This document shows positions 29,182 to 39,049 of a stretch of 64,000 bases of DNA, one piece after another. The translations under genes were made by a program, and so were the position numbers. The stretch spans positions 652 through 64,651 of the forward strand of contig JAVBOD010000006.1 of assembly GCA_031551045.1 (NCBI GenBank), in the 5' to 3' direction. The notes beneath the pieces are model-generated. The model did no database searches. It was given only the letters and a program-made list of their open reading frames with translations, and had not been told where the DNA came from. This DNA is from Bacteroidales bacterium. Lineage in GTDB: Bacteria; Bacteroidota; Bacteroidia; Bacteroidales; UBA932. Each line of letters opens with the position of its first letter. The first letter of the stretch is position 1.

Positions 29182-30669
29182 ATGAAAAGGTGGCTCTATT
29201 ATATTGTTTCCATTTGTACCTGTTGTGTCTCCACCATCGGTAATGCTCAAGTCTGCCAAACGTATGGCAATATCATCACTGCGGTGACTACCGATCCGTT
29301 AACCGGTTTTCAAGTGATTCAATGGAAAGATCCGGCCGCCTTGAATGCTTCGGCTATTAAATACATTGTTTACGAATATCTGGGAGGAGCTTACTGCACT
29401 CAGGAAATAACACGCGTACCTATTACACAACATACCTACACAGATCCGGTGGTGCCGGTATCGCAAAAAAAATACACGATTGCGATTGATATAGGAACGG
29501 CTTATCCGGAGCCTATCACCCATGAGCATGGCCCTGCTTTCATTTATGAATGCAATTACGATGCGTGCAACTATGCACTTCAATTGAAATGGAACGCCTA
29601 TGTAGGTTGGGCACAATCTCCCGAATATCGTGTGTACGCTTCGGAAGACGGTGGTGCTAATTGGAGTTTGAAAGGAACGCTTTCCTCTACGGAGTTTGTT
29701 ATAGCCAATCTCCCCGATAACGTGAATTATGGCGTATATGTAGAAGCGGTAAATGCAGACGACACGAATGTTAGAAGCATTTCCAATACCCGCTGGGTGA
29801 TGACCGCTACGCAAAAACGTCCGGCATATATTGACTTAACGTCTATCGATTACCGGAATGAAGAGTCTTTATTAGGTTTTTCATTAGACCTTACCGCCGA
29901 TCCTGCTTTTCAATACATCGTGCAACGAGCGCCGTCGGGAACAGCAGATTTTGAGCAGCGCGGGCAGTTTGCCGATAAAACACAAACCTCTTTTCGAGAT
30001 ACGGATGTGAGTACGGTATTCGATTATCGTTTGCTTGCCGTTAACGCTTGCAATCTGCCTGTAAGAACAAGTAATGTTTTGAACAATATTATATTGTCGA
30101 TGGAGCAGGAGGGGAGTAATGTACAACTGGAATGGACGGCATCGAATATTCCGGGCGCTACTTACGAAATAGCATGCGTATCGCCTGCTGTAGGCACGTT
30201 GGCTACCGGTATTGTAGCTACATCCGTCATACTTCCTATTCCGGATATGATGGCCTATCCGTCATTAGAACTTTGTTACCGGATTACGGCCGGGAACGGG
30301 GCAGTTAGCAGCAGTGCAACCGCTTGTATAAACTATCTTCCGGAAATATACATGCCGGATGCGGTGAATCCTTATAGTACCGTGCAGCATCCTACGACTC
30401 TTCGCCGGCGAAACCAATTCGGCCCTGTAATAAATATACATCCTTCTACCTATAGTTATCAGTTGGAAATTTACTCCCGGAACGGAACACTTGTTGCGCG
30501 TATGAACAAATCTTTGACGGACGACCCGTTGGAAAAATCGTGGAATGGAACCCATAAAAATGGGGATATCGTTCGGGAAGATATATATACTTATAGTTTG
30601 AAAGTAACATTTGTAAGCGGTAAAACCGTTTCAAAAACAGGTACTGTTACCGTCATTGCCGAAGAATAA
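29182..30669 (+). CDS. secreted protein with T9SS type-B (gliding-motility-associated) C-terminal sorting domain
   Basis: 495 aa with a signal peptide and Ig/FN3-like repeats. The C-terminal ~95 aa match the type-B CTD pattern (MPDAVNP...NQFGPV...YQLEIYSRNGTLV...WNGTHKNGDIV...YTYSLKVTF..GK...GTVTVI). Confidence 0.7.
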   Translation: MKRWLYYIVSICTCCVSTIGNAQVCQTYGNIITAVTTDPLTGFQVIQWKDPAALNASAIKYIVYEYLGGAYCTQEITRVPITQHTYTDPVVPVSQKKYTIAIDIGTAYPEPITHEHGPAFIYECNYDACNYALQLKWNAYVGWAQSPEYRVYASEDGGANWSLKGTLSSTEFVIANLPDNVNYGVYVEAVNADDTNVRSISNTRWVMTATQKRPAYIDLTSIDYRNEESLLGFSLDLTADPAFQYIVQRAPSGTADFEQRGQFADKTQTSFRDTDVSTVFDYRLLAVNACNLPVRTSNVLNNIILSMEQEGSNVQLEWTASNIPGATYEIACVSPAVGTLATGIVATSVILPIPDMMAYPSLELCYRITAGNGAVSSSATACINYLPEIYMPDAVNPYSTVQHPTTLRRRNQFGPVINIHPSTYSYQLEIYSRNGTLVARMNKSLTDDPLEKSWNGTHKNGDIVREDIYTYSLKVTFVSGKTVSKTGTVTVIAEE

Positions 30670-30678
30670 GAACAAAAT

Positions 30679-32943
30679 ATGGAGTTACAAACAGAACAAG
30701 ATAAAGCGTTAATTCAACAGGAATTTGAAGAGCTGGAAACTATCTGCCGGCCTCGGTGTAAAAATGACGAGGAGTGGCAAAATGTAGTGCGTGCTTTTAA
30801 CTTGGCAAACGATGCGCATAAAGGCATTCGGCGCAAGTCGGGAGAGCCGTATATCATCCACCCGATGGCCGTCGCAAAAATCGTAGTGCAGGAAATCGGC
30901 TTGGCTTATAAATCCATTGTCGCGTCCTTGTTGCACGATGTGGTAGAAGATACGGATTATACGGTGGAAGATATTCGCCGCTTGTTCGGCGATAAAATTG
31001 CCTCGCTGGTGGATGGTTTAACAAAAATTCAAGGCGCCATTGCAAGCTCTACTTCCGATTCCAGCCAGGCAGAAAATTTCAAGCGCATTCTACTCACTTT
31101 AAACGATGATGTACGGGTAATCCTTATCAAACTGGCCGACCGTTTGCACAATATGCGGACCATTGAATTCATGCCGGAACACAAGCGGGCAAAAGTGATT
31201 GCGGAAACCATGTATATTTTTGTCCCCTTAGCTCATCGCTTAGGCTTGTATGCCATCAAATCGGAATTGGAAGATATTTCGCTGAAATATTCGCATCCCG
31301 ACGAATACGCAATGATTCAAAATAAAATCAGTGAAAGTGAAAACAGCCGCCGCGATTTTATTCAGCGTTTCACCCAACCTATTATTGATGAACTGGACAA
31401 AGCCGGTGTAAAATACGAAATCAGCGGGCGGCCTAAATCGGTTTATTCCATTTACCATAAAATGAATACCAAGCACGTAAGTTTCGAAGAGATTTACGAC
31501 TTGTTTGCCGTGCGTATTGTATTTGAACCGGTCCCGGGATTATCGGAGCGCACGCAATGCTATCAGATTTATTCGATGGTGACGGAAACTTATCACGAAA
31601 ATCCGGAACGCCGGCGCGATTGGATAAATACACCGAAAGCAAATGGCTACGAGGCATTGCACTGCACTGTTATGGGGCCGCGTGGAAAATGGGTGGAAGT
31701 ACAAATACGTTCGCGCCGCATGGAAGAAATTGCCGAACGTGGATTGGCGGCACATTGGAAATATAAAGATGTCGGTAGTCAGGAACACGATTTAGACCGC
31801 TGGTTGCAGCAAGTACGGGACATCTTAGAAAATCCCGACATAGATGCCTTGGAATTTTTAGACAGGTTTCATGCCGGTTTATTGACCACGGAAATTTATG
31901 TTTTTACGCCGAAAGGAGAACCTAAATTATTACCTAAAGGAGCCACTGCTCTTGATTTTGCCTACAATATTCACTCGGCTATCGGCAACAAAGCTATTGC
32001 TGCAAAAGTAAATCATAAGTTGGTATCGTTGAATCATATTTTGCGTTCCGGTGACCAGGTGGAGATTCTCACCGCAGAAACACAGCGCCCTCAGAAAGAA
32101 TGGCTGAATATGGTGATTACACCTAAAGCCAAATCATTTATCACGGATGCGTTGAAATCGGAAGTGAAAGACCTCTCCAAAGTGGGACGCGAAATGATTG
32201 AAGAACGCCTTGCCAAGATGGGGATTCAGCCACAGTCGCGGGTTTTTCATAAGTTGGTGAATGCTTATGGCGTGAATAATAAACACGAACTGTTTAGTAA
32301 AGTAGGTGCCGGATTGATTGACCTGACGGATTTCGAGAAAAAAATCAAAAAAAATACCGAAAATAAATGGGTCAACTATTGGGGCATACAATTCTCTCGT
32401 ATCATCGGATTTGGTGATAAATCGCCGCAAACGGCACCTGCTGACGAATCGCTATCAAATGGGAAAATCGACAAAAAACAACTTTTCTTATTAGAAGAAA
32501 ATGTGGAGGAAGATAGCTTGTCATACCATATTGCGCCTTGTTGCAAGCCGATTCCCGGAGATGATATTATAGGGTTTATTGACAATGACCAAACGGTTCT
32601 TATTCATAAACGCAGTTGTCCCGTGGCCGTCCGTTATGCGGCGCAACACGGCGATCGCATTATCAAATCGCGCTGGACCAAGCATACCGTAAAATCGTTT
32701 TTAGCGCGTATCGGGATGCGTGGTATAGACCGTGTCGGTATTCTCAACGAGTTGACAAATATTGTTACCGGTGAATTAGCCGTAAATATCCGGAAACTTT
32801 TTATTGAAAGCCACGATGGTATTTTTGAAGGATATATCGACCTGTATGTGCACGATACTTCCGACCTTGATAACTTAGTGGTAAAAGTGAAGAAAATTAG
32901 AGGGATGGAAACGTTCCACCGCTTGGAAAAAGTAGAAGATTAA
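30679..32943 (+). CDS. rsh: long RelA/SpoT homologue with intact HD hydrolase and synthetase motifs (bifunctional (p)ppGpp synthetase/hydrolase)
   Basis: 754 aa. HD domain (RKSGEPYIIHPMAV, LLHDVVEDT), synthetase domain (RPKSVYSIYHKM, GYEALHCTV, VEVQIRSRRMEEIAERGLAAHWKYK), then TGS and ACT-like C-terminal domains. Confidence 0.95.
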   Translation: MELQTEQDKALIQQEFEELETICRPRCKNDEEWQNVVRAFNLANDAHKGIRRKSGEPYIIHPMAVAKIVVQEIGLAYKSIVASLLHDVVEDTDYTVEDIRRLFGDKIASLVDGLTKIQGAIASSTSDSSQAENFKRILLTLNDDVRVILIKLADRLHNMRTIEFMPEHKRAKVIAETMYIFVPLAHRLGLYAIKSELEDISLKYSHPDEYAMIQNKISESENSRRDFIQRFTQPIIDELDKAGVKYEISGRPKSVYSIYHKMNTKHVSFEEIYDLFAVRIVFEPVPGLSERTQCYQIYSMVTETYHENPERRRDWINTPKANGYEALHCTVMGPRGKWVEVQIRSRRMEEIAERGLAAHWKYKDVGSQEHDLDRWLQQVRDILENPDIDALEFLDRFHAGLLTTEIYVFTPKGEPKLLPKGATALDFAYNIHSAIGNKAIAAKVNHKLVSLNHILRSGDQVEILTAETQRPQKEWLNMVITPKAKSFITDALKSEVKDLSKVGREMIEERLAKMGIQPQSRVFHKLVNAYGVNNKHELFSKVGAGLIDLTDFEKKIKKNTENKWVNYWGIQFSRIIGFGDKSPQTAPADESLSNGKIDKKQLFLLEENVEEDSLSYHIAPCCKPIPGDDIIGFIDNDQTVLIHKRSCPVAVRYAAQHGDRIIKSRWTKHTVKSFLARIGMRGIDRVGILNELTNIVTGELAVNIRKLFIESHDGIFEGYIDLYVHDTSDLDNLVVKVKKIRGMETFHRLEKVED

Positions 32944-32959
32944 GGTAATGATGTTTGTT

Positions 32960-32984
32960 GTCATTCTGAGCGAAGCGAAGAATC
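32960..32984. repeat. solo arm of family B repeat
   Basis: GTCATTCTGAGCGAAGCGAAGAATC between the convergent genes ending at 32943 and 33007. Confidence 0.8.
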
Positions 32985-33006
32985 TGTTCGTCATCGCGAA
33001 AATGGT

Positions 33007-33504
33007 TTAGTATTTTCGCGGCCATTCACCCACTTCCAAATCAAGAATAGCGCCCTGGTCTAACGTAAAACGGACAGCGGTGCGCACCGTATGGATACCG
33101 TATTCACCGGCAGCACCGGGATTGATGTGTAGCAATTGTAGCTGCGGATCGTTGATTACTTTCAGAATATGAGAATGCCCGCAAATGTATAACTTTGGTT
33201 TTTCCGTATAGATTAATTGGCGCGCCATAGAGGTGTAGCCGCCCGGATAACCGCCAATGTGCAGCATCAACACTTTTACCTCTTCTTCCGTAAAACATTG
33301 GTATTCCGGATAGCTTGCACGAACCTCCCAACCATCGCAATTACCATACACGGCACGCAAGGGCTTGAACGCAGCAATCTCGTCGGCCACATTAACCGTT
33401 CCGAAATCTCCGGCATGCCAAATTTCGTCGGTTTCTTCGAAAAAGCGATAGAGTTTTTCGTCGAAATAACCGTGTGTGTCCGATAATAATCCAATGCGTT
33501 TCAT
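33007..33504 (-). CDS. YfcE/MJ0936-family metallophosphoesterase
   Basis: 165 aa with motifs LLSDTHG, HAGDF, GNCD and GHSH. Confidence 0.85.
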   Translation of the reverse strand: MKRIGLLSDTHGYFDEKLYRFFEETDEIWHAGDFGTVNVADEIAAFKPLRAVYGNCDGWEVRASYPEYQCFTEEEVKVLMLHIGGYPGGYTSMARQLIYTEKPKLYICGHSHILKVINDPQLQLLHINPGAAGEYGIHTVRTAVRFTLDQGAILDLEVGEWPRKY

Positions 33505-33562
33505 GGAGCAAAGATAATAAATGCGTAATAAAGTGCTATCTTTGTTGGCAAGATAATTTTTT

Positions 33563-34267
33563 ATGTATTTGTTTTATACGCCGGATATCGCTGGAAATAC
33601 GTATCAATTAAGCGATGATGAAGCTGCTCATTGTGTACGGGTATTGCGTTTGAAAGTAGGAGATATACTGCACCTTACCGACGGGCGCGGAACGCTTTTC
33701 ACAGCTCGTGTAGCAGACAACAATCCGAAGCATTGCTTGGTAAACATAGAGCAGGTGCAGCACGATTATCAGCCATGCGGCTATTATTTACACTTAGCAG
33801 TGGCATTCACGAAGAACATAGATCGCTACGAATGGATGCTCGAAAAAATCACGGAAATAGGAGTCGATGAAATTACGCCCTTGCTATGTGAGCATTCGGA
33901 ACGCCGGATATGGAAAAAAGAGCGGGCCGAAAAAATACTGGTCTCCGCCATGAAACAGTCGCTGAAAACACGTTTGCCGAAGCTGAACGATCCTTGCGGA
34001 ATGCATGCTTTTGTACACCAGCCTTTCGATGGTACAAAGTTGATAGCCCATTGCGATGAAGGAATGCGGAATAATATGAAAGAAGCGATTCGTAATACTG
34101 CCCGCATTCAAGTATTGATAGGGCCGGAAGGTGATTTTTCGCCGGAGGAAATAGAGATGGCTTTGCGTAACGGTTACATGCCGGTTACTTTAGGAGAAAG
34201 CCGTTTACGTACCGAAACCGCCGGTATGATGGCTTGCGCTGCCGTGTATATCGCACATGAATTTTGA
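33563..34267 (+). CDS. rsmE: 16S rRNA (uracil1498-N3)-methyltransferase
   Basis: 234 aa. PUA-like N-terminus (HCVRVLRLKVGD) and a SPOUT C-terminal domain (LIGPEGDFSPEE ... LGESRLRTETA). Confidence 0.85.
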   Translation: MYLFYTPDIAGNTYQLSDDEAAHCVRVLRLKVGDILHLTDGRGTLFTARVADNNPKHCLVNIEQVQHDYQPCGYYLHLAVAFTKNIDRYEWMLEKITEIGVDEITPLLCEHSERRIWKKERAEKILVSAMKQSLKTRLPKLNDPCGMHAFVHQPFDGTKLIAHCDEGMRNNMKEAIRNTARIQVLIGPEGDFSPEEIEMALRNGYMPVTLGESRLRTETAGMMACAAVYIAHEF

Positions 34268-35027
34268 AAAAGGAATGATTACTAAAGCCGAAATAAAACT
34301 GATTACGTCGTTGGCACATAAAAAATACCGCGATGAAGAACGCCTTTTTGTGGTAGAAGGTGAAAAAATGACGGAAGAGTTATTAGATAGCCCTTTCAGT
34401 ATTTATAAACTATACAGCACCATACCTCTACAGCCGACCTTCCGGTTTCCGGCCGAGCAAATCAGTGAGGTGGAAATGAAGAAAATCACCGGCTTGAAAA
34501 CGGCTTCCCCCGTATTGGCGGTCGTTCACCAACCGGTGTTTCCGAAGGCGCCGGCTATTCCGCCGGATGATTTGGTAATAGCGGTGGACGACGTGCAGGA
34601 TCCCGGTAATTTAGGCACCATTATCCGATTGGCCGACTGGTTCGGCATTCGCGATGTGGTTTGCTCGCCGCACACGGTTGATTGCTTTAATCCGAAAGTA
34701 ATACAGGCTACGATGGGAGCTATTTTCCGAATTAGAATAACTTATCTTGACTTGGCTTCTTTTCTGGCGCAAGCAGCTAAAAAAGCGCCGGTGTACGGAA
34801 CATTTTTAGATGGTGACAATATCTATGAAACAGTTCTCGAAAATAAAGCTGTTTTGGTAATGGGCAATGAAGGAAATGGAATTTCGGAAACAGTTGCCCG
34901 CCAAGTGACAAGCCGTTTATTAATACCTCCGTTTCCTATTCACCGGAAAGGAAGCGAGTCGTTAAATGTGGCAGTAAGTACGGCTATTGCTTGTGCGGAA
35001 TTCCGCCGCCGGACTATTCAAAATTGA
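34257..35027 (+). CDS. TrmH/SpoU-family RNA 2'-O-methyltransferase
   Basis: SpoU motifs DVQDPGNLGTIIR, LVMGNEGNGIS and LNVAVSTAI. The start could alternatively be the ATG at 34275. Confidence 0.8.
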   Translation: MNFEKGMITKAEIKLITSLAHKKYRDEERLFVVEGEKMTEELLDSPFSIYKLYSTIPLQPTFRFPAEQISEVEMKKITGLKTASPVLAVVHQPVFPKAPAIPPDDLVIAVDDVQDPGNLGTIIRLADWFGIRDVVCSPHTVDCFNPKVIQATMGAIFRIRITYLDLASFLAQAAKKAPVYGTFLDGDNIYETVLENKAVLVMGNEGNGISETVARQVTSRLLIPPFPIHRKGSESLNVAVSTAIACAEFRRRTIQN

Positions 35028-35769
35028 ACGCCAAGGTCAACATTTGCGAGCAAAGCTTATCGATGGAATTTCCGTAAGCCTCGTAGCCGGGAGCTTGTTT
35101 GAAGTTACTTCCTTTCGATATAAGATTGGTAAGGCCGAAAGAATATTTTAATTCCATGCCGAACTTGAAGTAGTAGAAATACTGGTCGAGCCCAAGTCCG
35201 AATTCTATAAAGGACTCTACCGGTTTTAATCCGAAATATACGCCTTTTTTCTCGGCTATTTTCGAATTGAGGTTAATTTTAAGATTACCTCCGAGAATCA
35301 TATATGGGCGAACATTGCTGTTTCTTTTAGCCGAATACTTTAGCAATACCGGAACTTCAATGTAATAGGAATCAAACTCCATACTATATGCCAAGTCCGA
35401 AAAATTTCCATTGGCATCCGTTTGATAAAAATTAAGCGTACGCGTACCGAAACTTAGGCCAGGTAAGGTACGGGCGTTGAAATTAGGAGCAATGCGATAA
35501 TCGATAATACCTTGCAAATTAAACCCGGGCGACACGCTGTTTACCACAGAACGCAATACGGTCGGTGTTGTTGCATTCGGTAATGTTACAGGAGTTAAGG
35601 AATTTCGTACATAAAAGTCGTATATGTTCATACCCAACGAAAACCCAAAGTGCCAGCGCCTGTCGTAGTCATAACGGGTGAAAAATAGGGGCCCTTTGTT
35701 TTGTACCTGCGCCGCTATGGGAAGCGCCGATAAAACACACAAAGTTAATATGGTTAAATGCTTTTTCAT
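35014..35769 (-). CDS. outer-membrane beta-barrel protein (PorT / OMP_b-brl_2-like)
   Basis: 251 aa with a signal peptide, alternating beta-strand pattern and terminal Phe-x (AFNFE). The 3' end overlaps the TrmH-family gene by 14 nt (convergent). Confidence 0.55.
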   Translation of the reverse strand: MKKHLTILTLCVLSALPIAAQVQNKGPLFFTRYDYDRRWHFGFSLGMNIYDFYVRNSLTPVTLPNATTPTVLRSVVNSVSPGFNLQGIIDYRIAPNFNARTLPGLSFGTRTLNFYQTDANGNFSDLAYSMEFDSYYIEVPVLLKYSAKRNSNVRPYMILGGNLKINLNSKIAEKKGVYFGLKPVESFIEFGLGLDQYFYYFKFGMELKYSFGLTNLISKGSNFKQAPGYEAYGNSIDKLCSQMLTLAFNFE

Positions 35770-35928
35770 CTCAGTTTAATTAAACAAAGATAGATTTTTT
35801 TAATGAAATGCAAATATTTTTTAACCAAAAACCGCGATTATCCATAAAAAATGTTAGTAACGGCTTATTATTTAAGAATATTGATATATTTTAAGTGATT
35901 GATTATTAATATATTTCAGATATTTATT

Positions 35929-37332
35929 TTATCTTGGTTTATACCCCACTAAATATAACTTTTCGGTAGCACGTGTAATGGCCGTGTAGAGCCAGCGCAG
36001 GTCTTCGGTGGTGGGCGTGTAGTCGCCCCAAAACGGATAATCGACAAACACGGCTTTCCATTGTCCGCCTTGCGCTTTATGGCAAGTGACGGCATGCGCG
36101 TATTTCAGTTGCAGCGCGTTGAAATACAAATCTTCGCGCACGGCGCTATAGCGTTTTTGCTTGCTTTTGTAGTGATTGTAGTCTTCCATCACATCGAAAA
36201 ACAATTGCCGTTGGCGTTCGCTGCCCAGCGAAGGCGATTCCAGTTGCAGCGTGTCGAGCAGGATTTTGGCCGTTATTTCCGTTTGCTGATAATCGGGAAA
36301 TTGCAACACCGCTTCGGCATAATGTAAACCGTAGCGTTCTTCGTATTTGCGGATGTTTTGAATCTCGGCCACATCGCCATTGGCAATAAAATCCAATTGT
36401 TCGTTTTCTTCTAAAAATTGATAACAGTTCTTCACAATCATCACGCGGTCGTGCCGGGTGAGCTGCTCCTCGCGGAACAATAAACGTGAACGGATGCCGT
36501 TGTTGTAGCGGTTGGCGCGTTTGTTCGAACGGCACACCACCACCGTTTCGTGTTCGCCGTAGCGTTCGTAGGCTTCGGAAAGTTTTTCGAGCACCTCGCC
36601 ACCCGTGATGTTTTCAATATCCGGAAATTGAAAAGAGAAATCGGGGACCACCGGATAGTTCCGTTCGATATTTTTTCGCAGCAAAGTAGCATTGTATAAT
36701 ATTCCCGAAGATTCGGCCTGCCGGACAACATCCGTCAATTCCACCGGATGCACTTTCCCGTATTTTTCGAGCGATAGGCTGTCTAACGCCGGACTCCGGT
36801 CGAGCCCGACAGGCGGCAACTGAGCTGTGTCGCCTACTAAGACGAGTTTGCAATTAGCGCCGCTGCGCACGAATTCCTGCAAATCGTCGAGCAAATGCCC
36901 AGTCCCGAAAATAGACTCCGAAAGCGTTCCGTTAGCAATCATCGAGGCTTCGTCCACAATAAAAAAAGTGTTTTTATAATCGTTGTGGTTTAGTACAAAA
37001 AGCCCCACGCCGTCGGCATGCGATTTTTGCCGGTATATTTTTTTATGAATCGTATAAGCCGGTTTTTGCGAATAGTTGGCCATCACTTTAGCCGCGCGGC
37101 CGGTAGGCGCCATGAGTACGTAGCGGATTTTAAACTCGTCTAACAATTTTACTAACGCGGCAATGACGGTGGTTTTTCCGGTTCCGGCATAGCCGTTAAT
37201 AAGAAAGGTTTCTTTAGCCTCGTTTTTGGTAATAAACTCGGCTAAATCGTGTAGCAACACCTGTTGGCCTTCGGTAGGCGCATGCTGTAGATATAGTTTT
37301 AGTTTTTCATGCAAATGTTGCGATAACGACAT
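35929..37332 (-). CDS. RecD-like superfamily-1 DNA helicase
   Basis: 467 aa. Walker A GYAGTGKTT, Walker B IVDEASM, and C-terminal UvrD_C_2-like AVTCHKAQGGQW. Confidence 0.8.
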   Translation of the reverse strand: MSLSQHLHEKLKLYLQHAPTEGQQVLLHDLAEFITKNEAKETFLINGYAGTGKTTVIAALVKLLDEFKIRYVLMAPTGRAAKVMANYSQKPAYTIHKKIYRQKSHADGVGLFVLNHNDYKNTFFIVDEASMIANGTLSESIFGTGHLLDDLQEFVRSGANCKLVLVGDTAQLPPVGLDRSPALDSLSLEKYGKVHPVELTDVVRQAESSGILYNATLLRKNIERNYPVVPDFSFQFPDIENITGGEVLEKLSEAYERYGEHETVVVCRSNKRANRYNNGIRSRLLFREEQLTRHDRVMIVKNCYQFLEENEQLDFIANGDVAEIQNIRKYEERYGLHYAEAVLQFPDYQQTEITAKILLDTLQLESPSLGSERQRQLFFDVMEDYNHYKSKQKRYSAVREDLYFNALQLKYAHAVTCHKAQGGQWKAVFVDYPFWGDYTPTTEDLRWLYTAITRATEKLYLVGYKPR

Positions 37333-37372
37333 GTTTCCTTCAGTTGATTGTAGATAACGGTTTTCGTGTGTC

Positions 37373-37810
37373 TTAGTATTTTTCGTTCAATCTTTTGCCA
37401 TATTTTTTATTGAGGAAAGTATCTTTGGTTTTGAAGATTACCCAGTTTTTCTCTTCCATGTACGCTGCAAATGCTGCGCGCCCTTGTTCCTTAATCATTG
37501 CGAGCGCCTTGCTACGGTCGCTGCTCTCCAGCCACGAGGCAAACCGGAGTATCAAAGGATTGTATTTTTTACAGTCTTTTGTGGATGTAAATGTCGTACA
37601 ATCGCCACAGGTATAAAACTTGTTTTCGGCACAACACGGTTTTACTTGGCATTGCTTATATACAACAGCGCTTTTGGCCGAATTACCCCTGCACCCGTCA
37701 CATTTACCGGAAGTAAAGGAAGGGCAGTATTTACAATAAAGGCCGCAATGAGCAATTAACTGTTCCCGGTCGGTTGTTTGTCCGCTTTGATTTTGATACA
37801 TGTTTGTCAT
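37373..37810 (-). CDS. Cys-rich DUF3795-like protein
   Basis: 145 aa with CGLYCKYCPSFTSGKCDGC plus further Cys pairs. Family assignment is from memory. Confidence 0.55.
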   Translation of the reverse strand: MTNMYQNQSGQTTDREQLIAHCGLYCKYCPSFTSGKCDGCRGNSAKSAVVYKQCQVKPCCAENKFYTCGDCTTFTSTKDCKKYNPLILRFASWLESSDRSKALAMIKEQGRAAFAAYMEEKNWVIFKTKDTFLNKKYGKRLNEKY

Positions 37811-38114
37811 AGCATGGTAGGTTTAAATGAATAATTATTTCAATTTTTTCTTTACTGTCCGGTTTGTTTGTCCGCCGCTCTGTTGCCCACGTGCTGCCGG
37901 TTTACCCGGCAAGGCCTGTGATGCAAAGGTAGTCTTCGGTTATATTGGATAATCGTTCAACGTCTTTCTTTCCAGCATAATTTGTGCCGTAATTCTAAGG
38001 TTTTAATAACTACAAATTTACAATTAAATTTCAGTATTAAAAATGTATTTCTTCCGTTTTTGGTATGAATCATGACATTCCGCGGCGGGCGGTGCAAATC
38101 GCTCAGATGCTCAC

Positions 38115-38885
38115 TTATTCACTGTCATTCATTTTTTTGCATACAACTATTTGCTTCTCTGATTTATCTTCAAATGTTTCTTCTCCAAATCCACCGAATT
38201 TATGAATAATTTTAAATCCGGAAAAACTTAAATATGCCTCTAATTCTTTTGGAAAAAACAGCCGCATATCCATATTTTGAATAGAATCAAATTTGCCATT
38301 TATAAAGTAATGCCATTTTATACGATTAATCTGAGTTGTATTTTCATACATCATGGTCTGTTTCACAACAACCTTCCGGCCGTCTTTGGTCGAATATCCG
38401 GCAATCATCTTTTCTTCCTTTTCCGAATGTACGATGTAGTGAATATTCGGATTGAAACAATCGACTATGAAATATCCATCTTCTTTCAGGTGTTTCTTTA
38501 CGCTTGTTAATACATTGAAAAAATCTTGATTCGTATATAAATGATGAATGGAATTAAAAGGAATAAAAATAATATCATACACTTTCGGTAAATCTAAAGA
38601 CCTTATGTCAGCCTTAATAAACTTTACAGGAAGGTTCAATTCGTTCGCTTTTTCCTTGGCTTTGTTCAACATTGATGTGCTATTATCAACGCCGGTAATA
38701 TGATATCCTTCTTGTGCAAGAGGGAGCGTAAGCCTGCCTGTGCCGCAACATAATTCGAGGATATGACCATTCTTTCTTTTGCTGAGCCAACGTGAATAAA
38801 ATGGCAAATCAACGGTTGCTGTATTCATGCCATCATAAATGTTAGCATCGTAAACTAATTTTCCTACTTTATACTTTTCTTCCAT
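38115..38885 (-). CDS. class I SAM-dependent methyltransferase
   Basis: Motif I ILELCCGTGRLTLPLA and motif II-like YDIIFIPFNS. Confidence 0.8.
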   Translation of the reverse strand: MEEKYKVGKLVYDANIYDGMNTATVDLPFYSRWLSKRKNGHILELCCGTGRLTLPLAQEGYHITGVDNSTSMLNKAKEKANELNLPVKFIKADIRSLDLPKVYDIIFIPFNSIHHLYTNQDFFNVLTSVKKHLKEDGYFIVDCFNPNIHYIVHSEKEEKMIAGYSTKDGRKVVVKQTMMYENTTQINRIKWHYFINGKFDSIQNMDMRLFFPKELEAYLSFSGFKIIHKFGGFGEETFEDKSEKQIVVCKKMNDSE

Positions 38886-39020
38886 TTTTTTATTGCTTTA
38901 ATTTTTCACTTTGGAGGTTCCTATGCAAAAACAAATATACTTAAAATATACTGAAAACGTCTTTTCATCAGCCGTTCAAAAAAAGTCGATACAAAAATTT
39001 GCACAATTCAAAAACTAATC

Positions 39021-39046
39021 GTTACTTTGCAATTAAAAGTACTTTT
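39021..39046 (+). promoter_or_regulatory. 26-nt conserved box, copy 1 (candidate promoter/operator)
   Basis: GTTACTTTGCAATTAAAAGTACTTTT is 23/26 identical to the box at 39994-40019. It contains the inverted half-sites TACTTT/AAAGTA and overlaps a TACTTTTG (TAnnTTTG) element at 39040-39047. Confidence 0.5.
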
Positions 39047-39049
39047 GAT

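Noticed and set aside
37851-37935. GC-rich ~85-nt island in the otherwise AT-rich 300-bp spacer upstream of the DUF3795-like gene. Considered as a riboswitch, SRP RNA or other ncRNA.
   Set aside because: I could match no consensus on either strand (TPP, SAM, cobalamin B12-box, fluoride, SRP GGAA-loop motif). Only a weak 5-bp hairpin is present (GCCGG-TTTAC-CCGGC) and there is no terminator-like U-run. An Infernal/Rfam scan would be decisive.
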